Made by a program: the position numbers and the translations under genes
Assembly (NCBI GenBank): GCA_964016885.1
Contig: OZ024744.1
Location: 60,512,001 to 60,576,000 of the forward strand
Reading direction: 5' to 3'
DNA length: 64,000 bases
Source of the DNA: Eledone cirrhosa
Lineage: Eukaryota
In this document: one piece after another, positions 11,941 through 24,324 of the stretch
Layout of the letters: every line of letters starts with the position of its first letter
How positions within the stretch are numbered: the first letter of the stretch is position 1
The notes under the pieces: generated by a model
Databases searched by the model: none
Seen by the model: the letters and a program-made list of their open reading frames with translations, nothing else
Told to the model about the DNA's origin: nothing

Positions 11941-12125
11941 TGTGGTTTGGCAGTATCGGTAGAGGGTCAGACACCATGCTTTGCAGCAAAGAGTTACGGC
12001 CCTTTAGGGTCTGAGTTCAAATCCCACCGAGGTTAACTTTGCTTTTCATCCTTACAGGGTTGATAAAATAAAGTACCAGTAATACACTGGAATAATTGCT
12101 GGCCTTGTGCCAAAAGTAGAAACAT
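11941..12125 (+). mobile_element. tRNA-derived SINE family 1
   Basis: A-box tggcagtatcgg, B-box gagttcaaatcc; same family at about 13975-14150(+), 18685-18800(-), 34908-35093(-), 40007-40187(+), 43290-43380(+), 51083-51260(+), 54384-54565(+). Confidence 0.85.
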
Positions 12126-12744
12126 TTATCATTTTATATCCACTTTTCTATGCTTACATAGGTTATTTGGATCTTCCTCAGCACAGCTTCTTTGAGATCA
12201 GCTCTCACTACATCTTCCTAGGTCTTCTTCTATGCCAGCTTCCATCCACAAGGATCTCTTGGCATTTCTTTAACCAGCAATCATCATCCATACACATCAC
12301 ATATCCGTACCAGCACAATTTTTTCTCTTGCACTCTATAACTGATTCCTCTTATGCCCAGTTTTTCTATCACTTCAGCTGTGCTTCATCTCTCATGCACA
12401 TTACATATCCATTGGAGCATTTATCTCAAAGCCTTCTCTTATAATTTTATGTAAGAATCTTTGTTAAATTATCTAAACATCAATTTAATAATGATAAAGT
12501 TACTAAATCCCTTCAAATTCCTGATTATTTTGAAAATTCTTGGAAAACCAAAGGCATTGTCTTTCATTAGAAATATGGTAATAAAAAGGTTAAATAAGCT
12601 TAGCAGCTTTAATAGTACTTCATGTTGTTGCAAGACTGGGGTGATATTTTTACTACTAAACCAAATCAGCACAGTCAGATATCTGCATTACTTAATGGTG
12701 CTCATGGTTGGAATCCCTTATGAGCTAAAGAGGTTGTACACCCA

Positions 12745-13030
12745 GTTGTTGTTGTTTAACCCCAAGTCATCTCTGCTCTAGCAGGCTTCTGAGTGAAGGC
12801 ATTCCAGTCAAGATCATCCTATCGCAGACCTATAACCCCAAAGGCATTCCAATCATGACCATCCCATTATGCTGTTGCTTAATCCCAGATCAGCCTTCAC
12901 CTGGCAGACCTACTATCAAAGGTGTTCCTGATCTGACAGATTTATAATCAAAGGCATTCCAATCATGACCATCCCACCTTGTTGTTGTGTCCCAAGTTAT
13001 CCCAGATCTGAAAAACCTATGTGCAAAAGC
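12745..13030. repeat. Degenerate tandem repeat (gcagaccta...aaggcattccaatcatgaccatccc)
   Basis: 4-5 diverged units; related fragments near 13930 and 58110. Confidence 0.6.
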
Positions 13031-13050
13031 ACTCCAGGAATAAAGGAACC

Positions 13051-13089
<39 letters not shown>

Positions 13090-13685
13090 AGTTTAACGTC
13101 TATCTTCCACGCTAGCATGGGTTTAGAAGGGAATTGTCCCACTTGAGGCAAGATTGGTTGTCTGGCAGGTTTTCTACGGCTGGATGCCCTTCCTAACACC
13201 AACCATAGTTACAGTGTGGGACTGGGAGCTTTTTACCGTATTACCTACACAGCCACATTACAGCGTGGACTGTGTGTTTTTTTGTCGTGACACCTACACA
13301 ACCTCATTTATTTAGGACTGGATGTTGTGGTACCAACATAACTTTACTGAGAAAGGGGTGGAGGTGGGGTAGTGGGATGTGGGTGTATATTTGATTAAGA
13401 GGTGCCTACTGACTGTAGGTTTCGCTTTGTACATAGGCAAGGCGGGTCTTCTGTATTACTGCGTAGCGCCAAAGATCTCGGTCCAGTGACATTGTCTTAG
13501 AGAGGTGTAAGTGTGTAAGGTCGGAATTTATCAAATCGTCCCAGGTTTTTCTGGGTCTGCCTACTCCGTAGCTTTCATCTATTTTGATCGCCCTGCACTT
13601 TTTATACAGCTGTCTTTCATGTGCATCACGTGACCATACCAACGTAGTCTTCTCTCGAGTAAACAGCATCTGATCCCTCTTATTA
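13051..13685 (-). mobile_element. RTE family A 3' end
   Basis: Long (CAT)n tail; GRPRKTWDDLI...DRDLWR. Confidence 0.9.
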
Positions 13686-14461
13686 GGATCACATTATCCA
13701 ACTTGTCCTTTTCTAAGATGGGTGGGGTGTGATTTTGAGGAAATTTGGCTGCTGTTTCTAGCAGATTGGGTGACCATAAAAAGACTTCCTCGTTCACTCG
13801 ATATGGTTGGGTGTGGGAGAATTGCTAGTTTGAATGTTATTTTGTTAGACTCACTCTGGAATTGCTGTGAGTCAATAGCTGCAGCCACAATCCATCCCAC
13901 TTAAATATATATATATTGTTGTGGTTGTTGTTGTTATTGTTGAGGCACAAATCAACTCTGACTAAGCAGACCTGTATCGGTAGAGTATCATACACTATGC
14001 CTTGCAGCATAGAGTTATGGCCCTTTACATTTTGAGTTCAAATCCCACTAAGGTTAACTTTGTCTTTCATCCTTACAAGGTCGATTAAATAAAATACCAG
14101 TAATACACTGAGGTAATTGCTGGCCTTGTGCCAAAAGTAGAAACGATTATCTAACTTGTCATTTTCTAAGATGGCATGATGTGTTGTGATGTGGTTTGAA
14201 GGAGATTTGGTTGCTATTTCTGACAGGAGAAGCGACCTCACAAAGACCCCTTCAGTTGTTATTGTGTATCTGATGGTGTATGTTTTTGTGTGTGTGTTTG
14301 TGTGTTTGTATGTTTGTGTATGGAGGGGGTTAGTAGTAAGCTAACCATGGCTTGGATTGTGGTACAAACATCAGTTGGAACCAAAGTGAGATATGTAAGT
14401 GACTCTTGTCTGAATCTAAGTATATTATTTTTTTCTTTCGTTCTTTCTTTCTTTACTCCAG

Positions 14462-14614
14462 ATATTGAGATGGAAAGATATGCTGACGAAACTGATGTTT
14501 TGATTGTTGGTGGCGGGCCTGCAGGTTTCTCTGCAGCTTGTCACCTCAAACAACTTGCAGCCGAGAAAGAAATAGACCTACGAGTGACATTAGTTGAGAA
14601 AGCTGCTGAAATTG
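14462..14614 (+). CDS. ETFDH: ETFDH coding exon B (FAD-binding GxGxxG)
   Basis: ctccag|...|gttggt; [52 protein letters not shown]. Confidence 0.97.
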
Positions 14615-15285
14615 GTTGGTAATGAATTTTATTTTTTTATGTATTTTTTTAATCATTAACTATCTTTTATTCTTTTACTGTGGTACCACCTTGAGGAATT
14701 TAGTCATATTGACTTGTTTTAATCATCTTTTTGTTGACCTACTAAGTTACAGGACATAAACAATAAACACTAAAACACACACAAACAAAATGGACCTTCA
14801 TTGGTTTCAACAATGTGTGTTCCAGTTGTTCAATCAATGGAACAACTTGCTCGTGAAATTAATGTGTAAGTGGCTGAGCATTCTATATGAAATTTGCCAA
14901 CACTACACCTGATATTCTCCCTCCATACACACACATATATCATGACTCATAAACTGTTCACTTTCCTGACATTTGTACATTATTCTATGTACTATAGATA
15001 CACCTTGGATGAGTTGTAGTGCACCTGAGCACTGTACACAATAATTTTCATTATTATCGTTATTATTATATACAATGGACATCTTCACAGTTTCCATCTA
15101 CCAAATTTCACTCACAGGGCATTGGTACAACCTAAGGTTATAGTAGAATTTATTTGCCTAAGGTGCCATGCAGTCTGATTGAACCTAAAACTATGTGGTT
15201 TCAAAGTAAATTCCTAAACCATACAGCCATGCCTCTGCCTACATATTCTTCCTTTCCTTAATTAGTCTGGCAAACTTTCCATATT

Positions 15286-15287
<2 letters not shown>

Positions 15288-15332
<45 letters not shown>
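15288..15332. repeat. Poly-C tract (45 nt)
   Basis: Homopolymer read directly. Confidence 0.95.
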
Positions 15333-15334
<2 letters not shown>

Positions 15335-15825
15335 CCTATGAATTATTCTGGCTGAAAAACAATTTCACTTCTTATAGCAGTTTTCACATATCATGGTGCC
15401 TTTTAGAAAGGCATGAACGTCTTAATATTTTCCAAAAAAATATAGTCCAATAGTCATATACATATCATCATTGACATTGTCATTTAATGTCAGTCCTCCC
15501 TGTTAGCAAGAGTTGGACAGGTCATCAAAAACTAAATCGGTACTAAGTTAAAGCTACTGACCTCTTAGACAGACCTCATTTGCATACATACCCGCACTCT
15601 ACAGAATGTATTGAGTGAAATTTAACATGGCAGCAGCTCTAGGGAGATTGTCGTGTTTTTGACATAACTGAAAGGTCCTCCTGTTTGGCAAGTTCTTTAT
15701 GGCTAGGTGCCCTTTCTATCACCAAACACTTTACAAAGTATACTGAGTGCGTTTTATAGTGGCACCAACACTCAAGAGGTTGTACTATGACTGAAAAGTT
15801 CTCTCATACATATATATTTATATAT

Positions 15826-18650
15826 ATAAAAGGTAAACAGAAATAACAACACAATCGGTACAGTATATGGAAGAGATATATTAGGTTAACGCTTGATATA
15901 GTAGGAAGAGGGTCTTAACGTTTCAGACGCTAGTCCTTCATCAGCAGAAAAGATGAGAAATAAGATAGATTGAAGGGATGGGCGGGGTGGAATTGGAAAA
16001 AATGTATTTAGATAAAAATAACAGGTCCATTCATGTTGACATCTCTTGCAAAACTGTTGATGCTGGCGTTTTGTGTATGATTTGTTTTTTTAGAAACGTG
16101 GATAATGGAGCACGTCTTCCTGAAATGGAAAAAACACGTTTTGTATAAAAAGCTATACTTGTGCGCATGCGTATGCATGTGTGTGTCAGTGTGTGTGTTA
16201 TACATCTGCACGAAGCTAAGATGATGTGTGTGTATGTAAGTAAAAGAGTATGAGTGCTTGTAAGTACGAAACTATGAGCAAAAGTATGTTAATATAAGGG
16301 TGTGTGTGTGTATATAATGAGCTGTGAAGGGAAAAGTGGAGTGTTCATATTTTGTCAGTCCGTATTAGTTGTAAGAGAATATGTTTCTGACCATAAGAGA
16401 GCCATGGGAATCTAGGGGTGAATGTACAAGCGCATGTGTGATAATGGACAGGATATTAAAGAAATTGGGGAGAGGAGTTGAGTTCATGAGGGAAACAGGA
16501 CCCAAGGCTCTGTTCAGTCCTGGTGCACGGGGCCTGTGATCTGTGATGTAAAAGGACACCCAGGACTGATACATGTAGGGAAGAATGACCAGGAGAATGG
16601 AAATGATGGGTGACAGGAATATCCAAACCGAGTCATGTCCTTCAAATGTTCAGCAAAACGGTCCACCATATGGCATCCCGTTTGTCCAATGTATAAGGAC
16701 CCACAAAGGAAACACAGGAGGGCATAGACATGGGTGGATATGCAGGTGAAGGAGTGGCGGATATGGAATGACCCATTAGGGCCTGTGAGTGTGGTGAAGG
16801 TGGAAATGAAAGGGCAAATATTGCAGCGGGGACGAGAACAAGGATGAGAGCCGGGTGGAGTCGTAGGAGAGGAAGAGAGGGTGCAGAAGGAACAGAGGAT
16901 ATGTCGCCGGAGTGGTATAGCTCAGGAGTAGGCCCAGCATATTGGGAGAAGATCTGGCCTTCAACATAGTCAACAAACAAGTTGGCATAGTTTGGTCCCA
17001 TTCTGGTTCCCATCGCTACCCCAGAAATCTGCTGATAGAATTCACCCAAAAAGGAAAAGCCATTGAGGGTCAAAACAAACTCAGCCAGACGGAGAAGAAT
17101 TGTAGTGCTGGGGTAAGGGGTAGCACGTAAGTCTAAAAAAATGTTGGAGAGCGCGGAGGCCGTCATCATGAGGGATGATGGTATAGAGAGAGGTGATGTC
17201 CAGGGTAAAGAGAAGGCGAGAGGAGCCAAGAGGGAAGGAGAAGGAGTTAAAGAGTCTAAGGGTATGATTGGTGTCATAGATGTGGGAGGGGAGGTTGACG
17301 ACTAACAGGGCAAGGATGGTGTCTAAGTATTCTGAGATAATCTCGGTGGGGCAGTTGGACGCAGAAATGATAGGAGGGCCGGGATTATTTTGTTTGTGTA
17401 TTTTGGGGAGGAAGTAGATGATGGGTGTGTGAGGGGTCTGTACAATAAGGCTGTGGGGGGTAGGAGAGAGGAGGAGATGAGCTGGTGTATGGTGGAGGAC
17501 ACGAACTGTTGATAGCCAGACTGGGATCAGAGGAAAAAGGGCGGTAAAAAAGGATATCATGAAATTGGTTAACGCTCCAAACCACCACAGCGCCACCTTG
17601 TCAACAGGTTTGATGACAATGTCATTGCGATGCCGGAGGTTGCAAAGAGCGACAAGAATGTTGGTGGAAACGGAACCGGTTCACAGTACGCCGGCAAGTA
17701 TCGACAAAGGAGTCGAGGGTGCTGAACTGGCCAGAGCTCGGCGTCCAATGTGATTGCTGCCACCTGAGATGAGTGAAGTCATCTGTCTGTGTCGATGATG
17801 CCATGTCGTGAAAAAAAACTTTGAGCTTTAGTCGACGGAAGAACCCTACAATCTTGGCACGTGTCACAGGTTGATGTGGTTGGTATAAAACACAAACCCC
17901 CGGGCAAGGAGGGAGCGTTCAACTTTGGAGAGTGGTAGGTCCTGGGGTATGGTGACTACAGTGGAGGGACTTGAAGGAATGAAAGTGGCGGACGGGTTAA
18001 GGTGGTTGGGCAAAGCATGTGCAGATTCAGTTATGGGAAGAGGAAAGAGGGTGGTAGGTAATGGGATAGAGGGGTTAGGATTGGAGGTGAAATGAGTATG
18101 GGTGGTGACGGCAGGCAGGGAATGGAGAGAGTGAAGTTTGTTGTTTTTGATGGAAGTGAGGAAATTGAAGAGGAGGCAATTAAGGTAAAGGATGAATTAG
18201 ATAAAGGATTGGGCAAGGAGGGGGTGGCATGTAGAGGAGAGATGGAGGTAGGCCTTGGGGAGATCTCGGTCAAGAAAACGGATTTGGGTGAGAGTAGATC
18301 GGATAGTTGTCCACATGAGCTGGCGAGAGGAGTGGATAAGGATGGGCTCAGTGGTGGGAGCGGAGTAAGAGGTGGGGTAGAACTTGAGGTGGAAACCTCA
18401 AGGAATGAGGTGGTGGTGGAGACAGCGACTTAAAAAGGTGATGTGACTTCTATTTTGTTTTGGTGAAGATGAGCTAGGAGAGATACAGGGAGGATTTAAA
18501 TGCATATAGGGAGGAAAGGTTGGAGGAAGCGTTTGAGAATGGAATGGAGCTGGCAGAGAGAAGATTTGAGATTGGGCATATTGAAGGTACTAGGGTGGGA
18601 GTGAAAAATAGACGGGTGAGAAGAAGTTGTTGAAAGAAGATATATTAGAG
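15826..18650 (-). mobile_element. Penelope-like element (RT plus GIY-YIG), decayed with internal deletion
   Basis: YFLPKIHK..PIIS..PTE, TLDITSLYT, QQISGVAMGTRMGPNYANLF; GIY-YIG remnant (C..C.SLYIGQTG...DRFAEH) near 16640-16840; the catalytic YxDD segment appears deleted. Confidence 0.9.
15912..15950 (-). ncRNA. Minimal hammerhead-like motif in the PLE terminus
   Basis: CUGAUGA-A-GGAC(UAGC)GUCU-GAAA-CGU-UA with palindromic AACGUU; helix I poor; decayed copy near 24205-24240. Confidence 0.5.
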
Positions 18651-18837
18651 GAAAAGTGATAGACTCATGGTATATTTAAATAATTGTTTCTTCTTTTGGT
18701 ACAAGGTCAGCAATTACCCAGTACATTACTGGTACTTTATTTTATCGACCCTGTAAGGATGAAAGGCAAAGTAAACCTCGATGGGATTTGAACTCAGACC
18801 ATAAATACTGCCAATTTATTTAAATAATGCAAGAAAA

Positions 18838-19340
18838 GAAAATATCAGTGATACGAAAAGATTTCCTGGCCAATGTTCAAGTAAACTCCAGGTGTATATC
18901 TAGCTTCAGAGTGAGAATCCAATTTGAAAATCCAACGAATTTGAGAGGTTCACGTAAGCATTGATATCATCATCATTTCATTTTACATCCGCTTTTTCCC
19001 TGCTTGCAAGGGTGGGACGGGAACTGATTCTGGCTTGATTTCTACAGCTGGATGCCCTTCCTAACACCAACCTCATTTACAGTGAGTGCTGGGTGCATAT
19101 ATGTATGTAAAAGGTAAACAGAAATAACAACACAATCAGTACTCAAGCATTAACCTAATATATTCCTTCCATATACTGTACTGATTGTGTTGTTATTTCT
19201 GTTTACCTTTTACATATATATATCAATGCTTACGTGGACCTCTCAAATTTTGTTTGATTTTCACTCTGAAACTGGATATCAACCGGAGTTTACCTGAACT
19301 CCCACCAGGAAATTTTTCGTATCACTGAAATTTTCTTTGC
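18838..19340. repeat. Nested inverted repeats (outer about 130 bp; inner about 39 bp PLE terminus)
   Basis: 18840-18967 versus 19220-19340 imperfect; 19104-19142 versus 19178-19216 near-perfect, matching the PLE end at 15826. Confidence 0.8.
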
Positions 19341-19467
19341 TTCCTATATATATAGAAATTTAATCTGTAGATTTTTAAATATTAATAATATTCGATTCGT
19401 TTTCAATTATGCAAATGGCCTCTTTAAAGCCATGTCAGTAGAATGACTCCGTCATTCCTGCTCTTGT

Positions 19468-19550
19468 GTTGGCATGTAAACAGAACTGCAGACACTAATG
19501 TTTCTGGGTGATTACCCTTCATCAGTACAGTATACTGCTTACCTGCCAAC
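19468..19550 (-). ncRNA. Type I hammerhead ribozyme motif, copy 1
   Basis: GUUGGCA-G-GUAAGCAG-UAUA-CUGUA CUGAUGA A-GGGU(AAUC)ACCC-A GAA ACA(UUAG)UGU C^ UGCAG-UU-CUGUUUAC-A-UGCCAAC; GUC triplet. Confidence 0.82.
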
Positions 19551-19905
19551 TGTCAGAACTAGTGAAAATATATATTTTCTAAAATATACAGTAATTGATC
19601 AGCCTGATTTGCATATTAGCAGACTGGCTGATCAGTGAGATCTGCATATTAGCAGACCCACTGATCAGCCAGATTTGCATATCGGCAGATAAGCCAGTCA
19701 GTTTCATGTATACGAGTGATTAATGGTCGGCTTTGCCATATTCAAAAAACTAACAAATAGTTTATCATCGTTCGACATGACTGAATACAATAAATGTAAT
19801 TTGAGTTTTTTGAATATTAATAATAATATTCAATTCGTTTGCAATTATGCAAACAGCCTCTTTCAAGCCATGGCAGTAGAATGACTCAGTGGTTCTTTGT
19901 CTTGT

Positions 19906-19988
19906 GTTGACATGTAAACAGAACTGCAGACACTAATATTTCTGGGTGGTTACCCTTCATCAGTACAGTATACTGCTTACCTGCCAAC
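19906..19988 (-). ncRNA. Type I hammerhead ribozyme motif, copy 2
   Basis: Same fold; the three differences from copy 1 are two G-U wobbles and one loop II change. Confidence 0.8.
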
Positions 19989-20482
19989 TGACATGGCTTT
20001 AAAGAGGCTGTTTGCATAATTGCTAACGAATTGAATATTATTATTAATATTGGAAAAACTCAAATTACATTTATTGTATTCAGTCATGTCGAACGATGAT
20101 AAACTATTTGTTAGTTTTATATATATGGTCGGTCGTCGGCGACTAAACCGGCAACCCCACCAAGCTTGCTTGGTAAGGAGGGTGATATTTGGACACCCTG
20201 CGAGATGAAATACAAGACCTGACGAAGGGCGGAGAAACTCAGCAGGATCAGTGGCCATCCAAATAGTACTTTCTTTTTTTTTTTTTACCTGGGAGTGAAA
20301 GACCCCTGTTGTCGCAACTTTCTAATTGAGGGAAATTCTGAAAAAAAAATCTGCGACTTCAGAAACATCCGATGATGTTGACCAGTTCTCCTTTTCAGGT
20401 GGTGTTTTCCATGCTCAGAGAGTGGGATTGGTTGAGTGCAAGGCCTTTCACCACTTATTTATTATAAGTACAGAAATATATA

Positions 20483-21985
20483 CATCATCATCATCATCAT
20501 CGTTTAACGTCCATCTTCCACACTAGCATGGGTTGGATAGGTTTGTCCAACTTGAGACAAGATTGGTCAGTAGGCCATGTCTCGCTCGTACAGAACTATC
20601 TCTGGCAGGTTTTCTATGGCTGGATGCCCTTCCTAACACCACATTTACAGTGGACTGGGAGTCTTTTTACCGTGTCTCCTACATGACCACTTTACAGTGT
20701 GGACTGGGTGCTTTTTGTTATGTCACCTACACGACCATTTTACAGTGGACGGAAATGGGAGGATGGAGTAGGGGTGTGAGGTGGGGTGTATATTGGGTTA
20801 AGAGGTGTCTACTGACTGTAGGTTTAAGTTTGTATGCAATGGCAGTCGGGTCTTCTGTATAACTACATAGCGCCAAAGATCTCGGTCCAGTGACATTGTC
20901 TTAGAGAGGTGTAAGTGAGCAAGGTCAATTTTTATCACCTCATCCCAGGTTTTTCTTGGTCTCCCCACTCCATAGTTTCCATCAATTTTGATCGTTCTGC
21001 ACTTTTTTATACAGCTGTTGTCCTTCATACACATCACATGGCCATACCAACATAATCCCCTCTCCTGCACACTACATTTGATGCCTCTTATGCTTAGTCT
21101 CTCTCTGAATTTGTTTATGCTTTGCCATTCTCGCACATTACTATTACACATCCATCAGAGCATGCAAGCTTCATTTCTGACTAATCTACGCAGGTCTTCA
21201 GCACACAACACCCAGGTCTCACTACCATGTAATATTGCCATTCGTATACATGCATCATACAATCTGCCTTTCGTTTTTAGAAAAAAAACCCTTGTGGCCA
21301 ACAGCGGTATAGGCTCTCTGAACTTTTTCCATCCTGTTCTAACACTGGCTAGTGTACTTTCAGAACACCCTCCTCCACTGCTGATTTTATTACCCAGGTA
21401 ACAGAAAGTGTCTACTATTTCTATAGAACCATCTGGGCAGTTGAAGGAGATAGCATCCAGTGGGCCCCTGCTACTTTCTGCACCTGAGTATCAGCCACAT
21501 ATAAAATCTAAAATCTTAGATAGCTTACCTGTGATCCCACTATATCTTTTATGTACCCATAGTTTGCATTTGGGGCATAGAATGTAATTTCTACCTACTC
21601 CTTTCCTACACATTGAGCATGGTCATTTCCCAGAAGGCACCTGTGCTCTATTTTTCTTTCTACGTACTAGAACTTTAATCTTAGACAAGTTAACTTTAAA
21701 GCCTTGTGATTCTAGGCCATGCTCCCATGTTTGGAACTTCTTCTCTAGTTCAGCCAGATTCGGCTATGAGAGTTAGATCATCTGAATATATAAGTTCCCA
21801 TGGGCAGCCAGTCTTAAACACTTCTGTTATAGCCTGTAGGACAATAATAAACAGGAGGGGCCTAAAGATGGAGCCTTGGTGAACACCTATCATTACGCTA
21901 AATTCTTCACTATATTCATTGTTAATTCTAACCTTGCTGACTGTTCCTCTATACATGGCTTGTATAGCTCTCACAAGCCATACTT
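20483..21985 (-). mobile_element. RTE family A, 5'-truncated
   Basis: GVHQGS..PLLF, ELIYSDDL, C-terminal motifs, (CAT)n tail. Confidence 0.9.
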
Positions 21986-23175
21986 AATCAAAACTACTGA
22001 CCTCATGAGCTGAGGCCACATCTTACATACATTTCCATACACACACTCTCTCTTCAGAGTTCACCATGTGCATTTTATCATGGCATCATGACTAGGGATG
22101 CTTTCATATCTTTGACACTGCTAAACTGTCCTTTCAACCCTTAGTTTAGCAATGGTTATACAGCTGGATGCACTTTTTATCACCAACCACTTTACAGAAT
22201 GGAATGCATACATTAAATGTGTATATAATAGAAACTGATATAAAAATATTGATGTTCTGCATTAGCAAATAGTAATAGAAAGAGTTTACACAACAAAATA
22301 TATGTTATGCCTTGAGTAACAAAAGTAGTGTAATAATTCTGGCAAAACTGAAATATTAAGTGAAGTTGATGCTGTTTAACTCTAGACCAGTTATAACTGG
22401 GTCCACTCTTCTTTTTTTTTTTTTAACAAAAAAAAAATGATTAGATAAGATTTGACAAAGATTTCAATGTCATTCCTCACAGATCAAAATACCACAAAGA
22501 GGCTTTTTCATTGTAAGGTTGGGTTTAATGCTCAGGTAAATATAAAAGTAGGTTAAAAAGAAATATATACCTAAAATGTTTAACTGATTACATTTCTCAA
22601 AGATTTTGCTACCTATTCCCATCTTCTAAATAAACTGTGGCATGTAGAATAAAGTGTCTTGCCCTGACAAATCACACCATAACACTTTGAGTGGATTTCA
22701 ACTGTTTATCCATAAACAGTTAATCCTATACATTATTCTGTCCCTACAAATATCAATCTAACAATGAGTTGTTGTTGCTGTTCTAAACATGTAAGACTGC
22801 TGTTGCTCAGTACACTCCGTAAAATGGCTGACATATTAGGACAGGCATCAAGCCACAGAAAACGAAGCCAAAAACGGAATGTCAAGCAATATGTGGTCAC
22901 CTGACCTGTCTAGCTTCACAATGTTACTACCTATTTCATCTATGCAAGTATGAAAAATAAACGTAAAGCTGTGACAATGAAGATGATGGTATGCATGTGG
23001 TGTGAATATCATCATTGCTTTTACATTGCTTCTCCAAGCTAGTATGGGTTAGACAATGTTGTACAACTGGATACCTTTGTAGCACTAACCCTTTTAGTTG
23101 TGTCTTAACAACATGTAAGTATACAGCATACCTATTTCTAAACTGGATGTATATATATATATATACACACATATA

Positions 23176-23254
23176 CAGGGTGTCCCAAAAAATGTATACA
23201 CACTTCAACACCATTCTAATAAATATTGCCTGTACATTTCTTTGGGACACCCTG
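23176..23254. mobile_element. Tc1/mariner-type mini-MITE (79 bp)
   Basis: TIR cagggtgtcccaaa / tttgggacaccctg flanked by TA on both sides. Confidence 0.85.
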
Positions 23255-23270
23255 TATTTATGATAAATGT

Positions 23271-24050
23271 GTCATCATCATCATCATCAACGTTTAACGT
23301 CCGTGTTCCACGCTTGCATGGGTTTGGACGGGGATTTTCCCACTTGAGGCAAGAGTGTTTGTCTTGCTCGCATAGGACTATCTGGCGGGTTTTCTACAGC
23401 TGGATGCCCTTCCTAACACCAACCACATTTACAGTGTGGGGCTGGGAGGTTTTTACCGTGTTGCCTACACGACCACATTACAGCGTGGACTGTGTCTACA
23501 CGATCTCATTTGTTTCGGCCTGGATGTTGTGGCACCAACATAACTTTACATTGAAGGGGCGGTGTGGATGGGGGGGGGGGTTATTTTGTTAGAGATGCCT
23601 ACTGGCTGTAGTAGGTTTTACTTTGTATTTACTGAGTACCGCCAAAGGTCTCGGTCCAGTGACATTGTCTTGGAGAGGTGTAAGTGTGTGAGGTCAGAAT
23701 TTATCAGCTCGTCCCAGGTTTTTCTGGGTCTGCCTACTCCGTAGCTACCGTCTATCTCTATTGCCCTGCACTTTGTTATACAGCTGTCGTCTTTCATGCG
23801 CATCACGTGTCTATACCAACGTAGTCTTCTCTCGAGTAAACAACATCTGATCCCTCTTATTTCTAATTTTTTCCTTAGTTCGCTTATGCTTTGCCGTTCA
23901 CGTATGTTACTATTACACATCCAACGGAGCATGCAAGCTTCGTTCCTCTCTAGTCTGCGTATATCCTCTGCACACAATGCCCAGGTCTCACTACCATGCA
24001 ACATTGCTGTTCGTATGCAGGCATCATACAACCTGCCTTTCATTCTTAGG
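23271..24050 (-). mobile_element. RTE family A 3' part
   Basis: ORF 23618-24043; (CAT)n tail. Confidence 0.9.
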
Positions 24051-24064
24051 GAGAGTGTGTGTGT

Positions 24065-24320
24065 ACCAATTGTGTTGTTATTTCTGTTTACCTTTTACAT
24101 ATATACATATATATATACAAAAAGTAAACAGAAATAACAAAGCAAACAGCACAATTCCATGAAGAAATATATTAGTTTAATGCTTGATATAGTAGGGAAA
24201 GAGTCTTAAGGTTTTGAACACTTGTCCTTCCTGAGAAGATAGAATGAGCAATAAAATGAAGTAGAAAGATAGAGTGAGAAGAAGGCTTGGAAAGTATGGC
24301 AGGATGGGGGAAGTAGAAAG
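24065..24320. mobile_element. Penelope terminal fragments in inverted arrangement around (TA)n
   Basis: ttgtgttgttatttctgtttacctttt-(ta)n-aaaagtaaacagaaataac matches 15826-15960. Confidence 0.7.
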
Positions 24321-24324
24321 CACT

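Larger units (their letters stand above)
19370..20119 (-). mobile_element. Non-coding hammerhead-bearing element: direct repeat (period 438) plus inverted terminal copy
   Basis: 19370-19552 repeated at about 19805-19990; about 19746-19878 inverted at about 19987-20119. Confidence 0.8.

Noticed and set aside
20127-20250. HDV-like (gtcg-tcgg-cgactaa) or hammerhead-like (ctgacga...gaaa) ribozyme
   Set aside because: Could not build the HDV P1-P3 pairings or hammerhead helices I and II; may be a truncated LINE 5' UTR.
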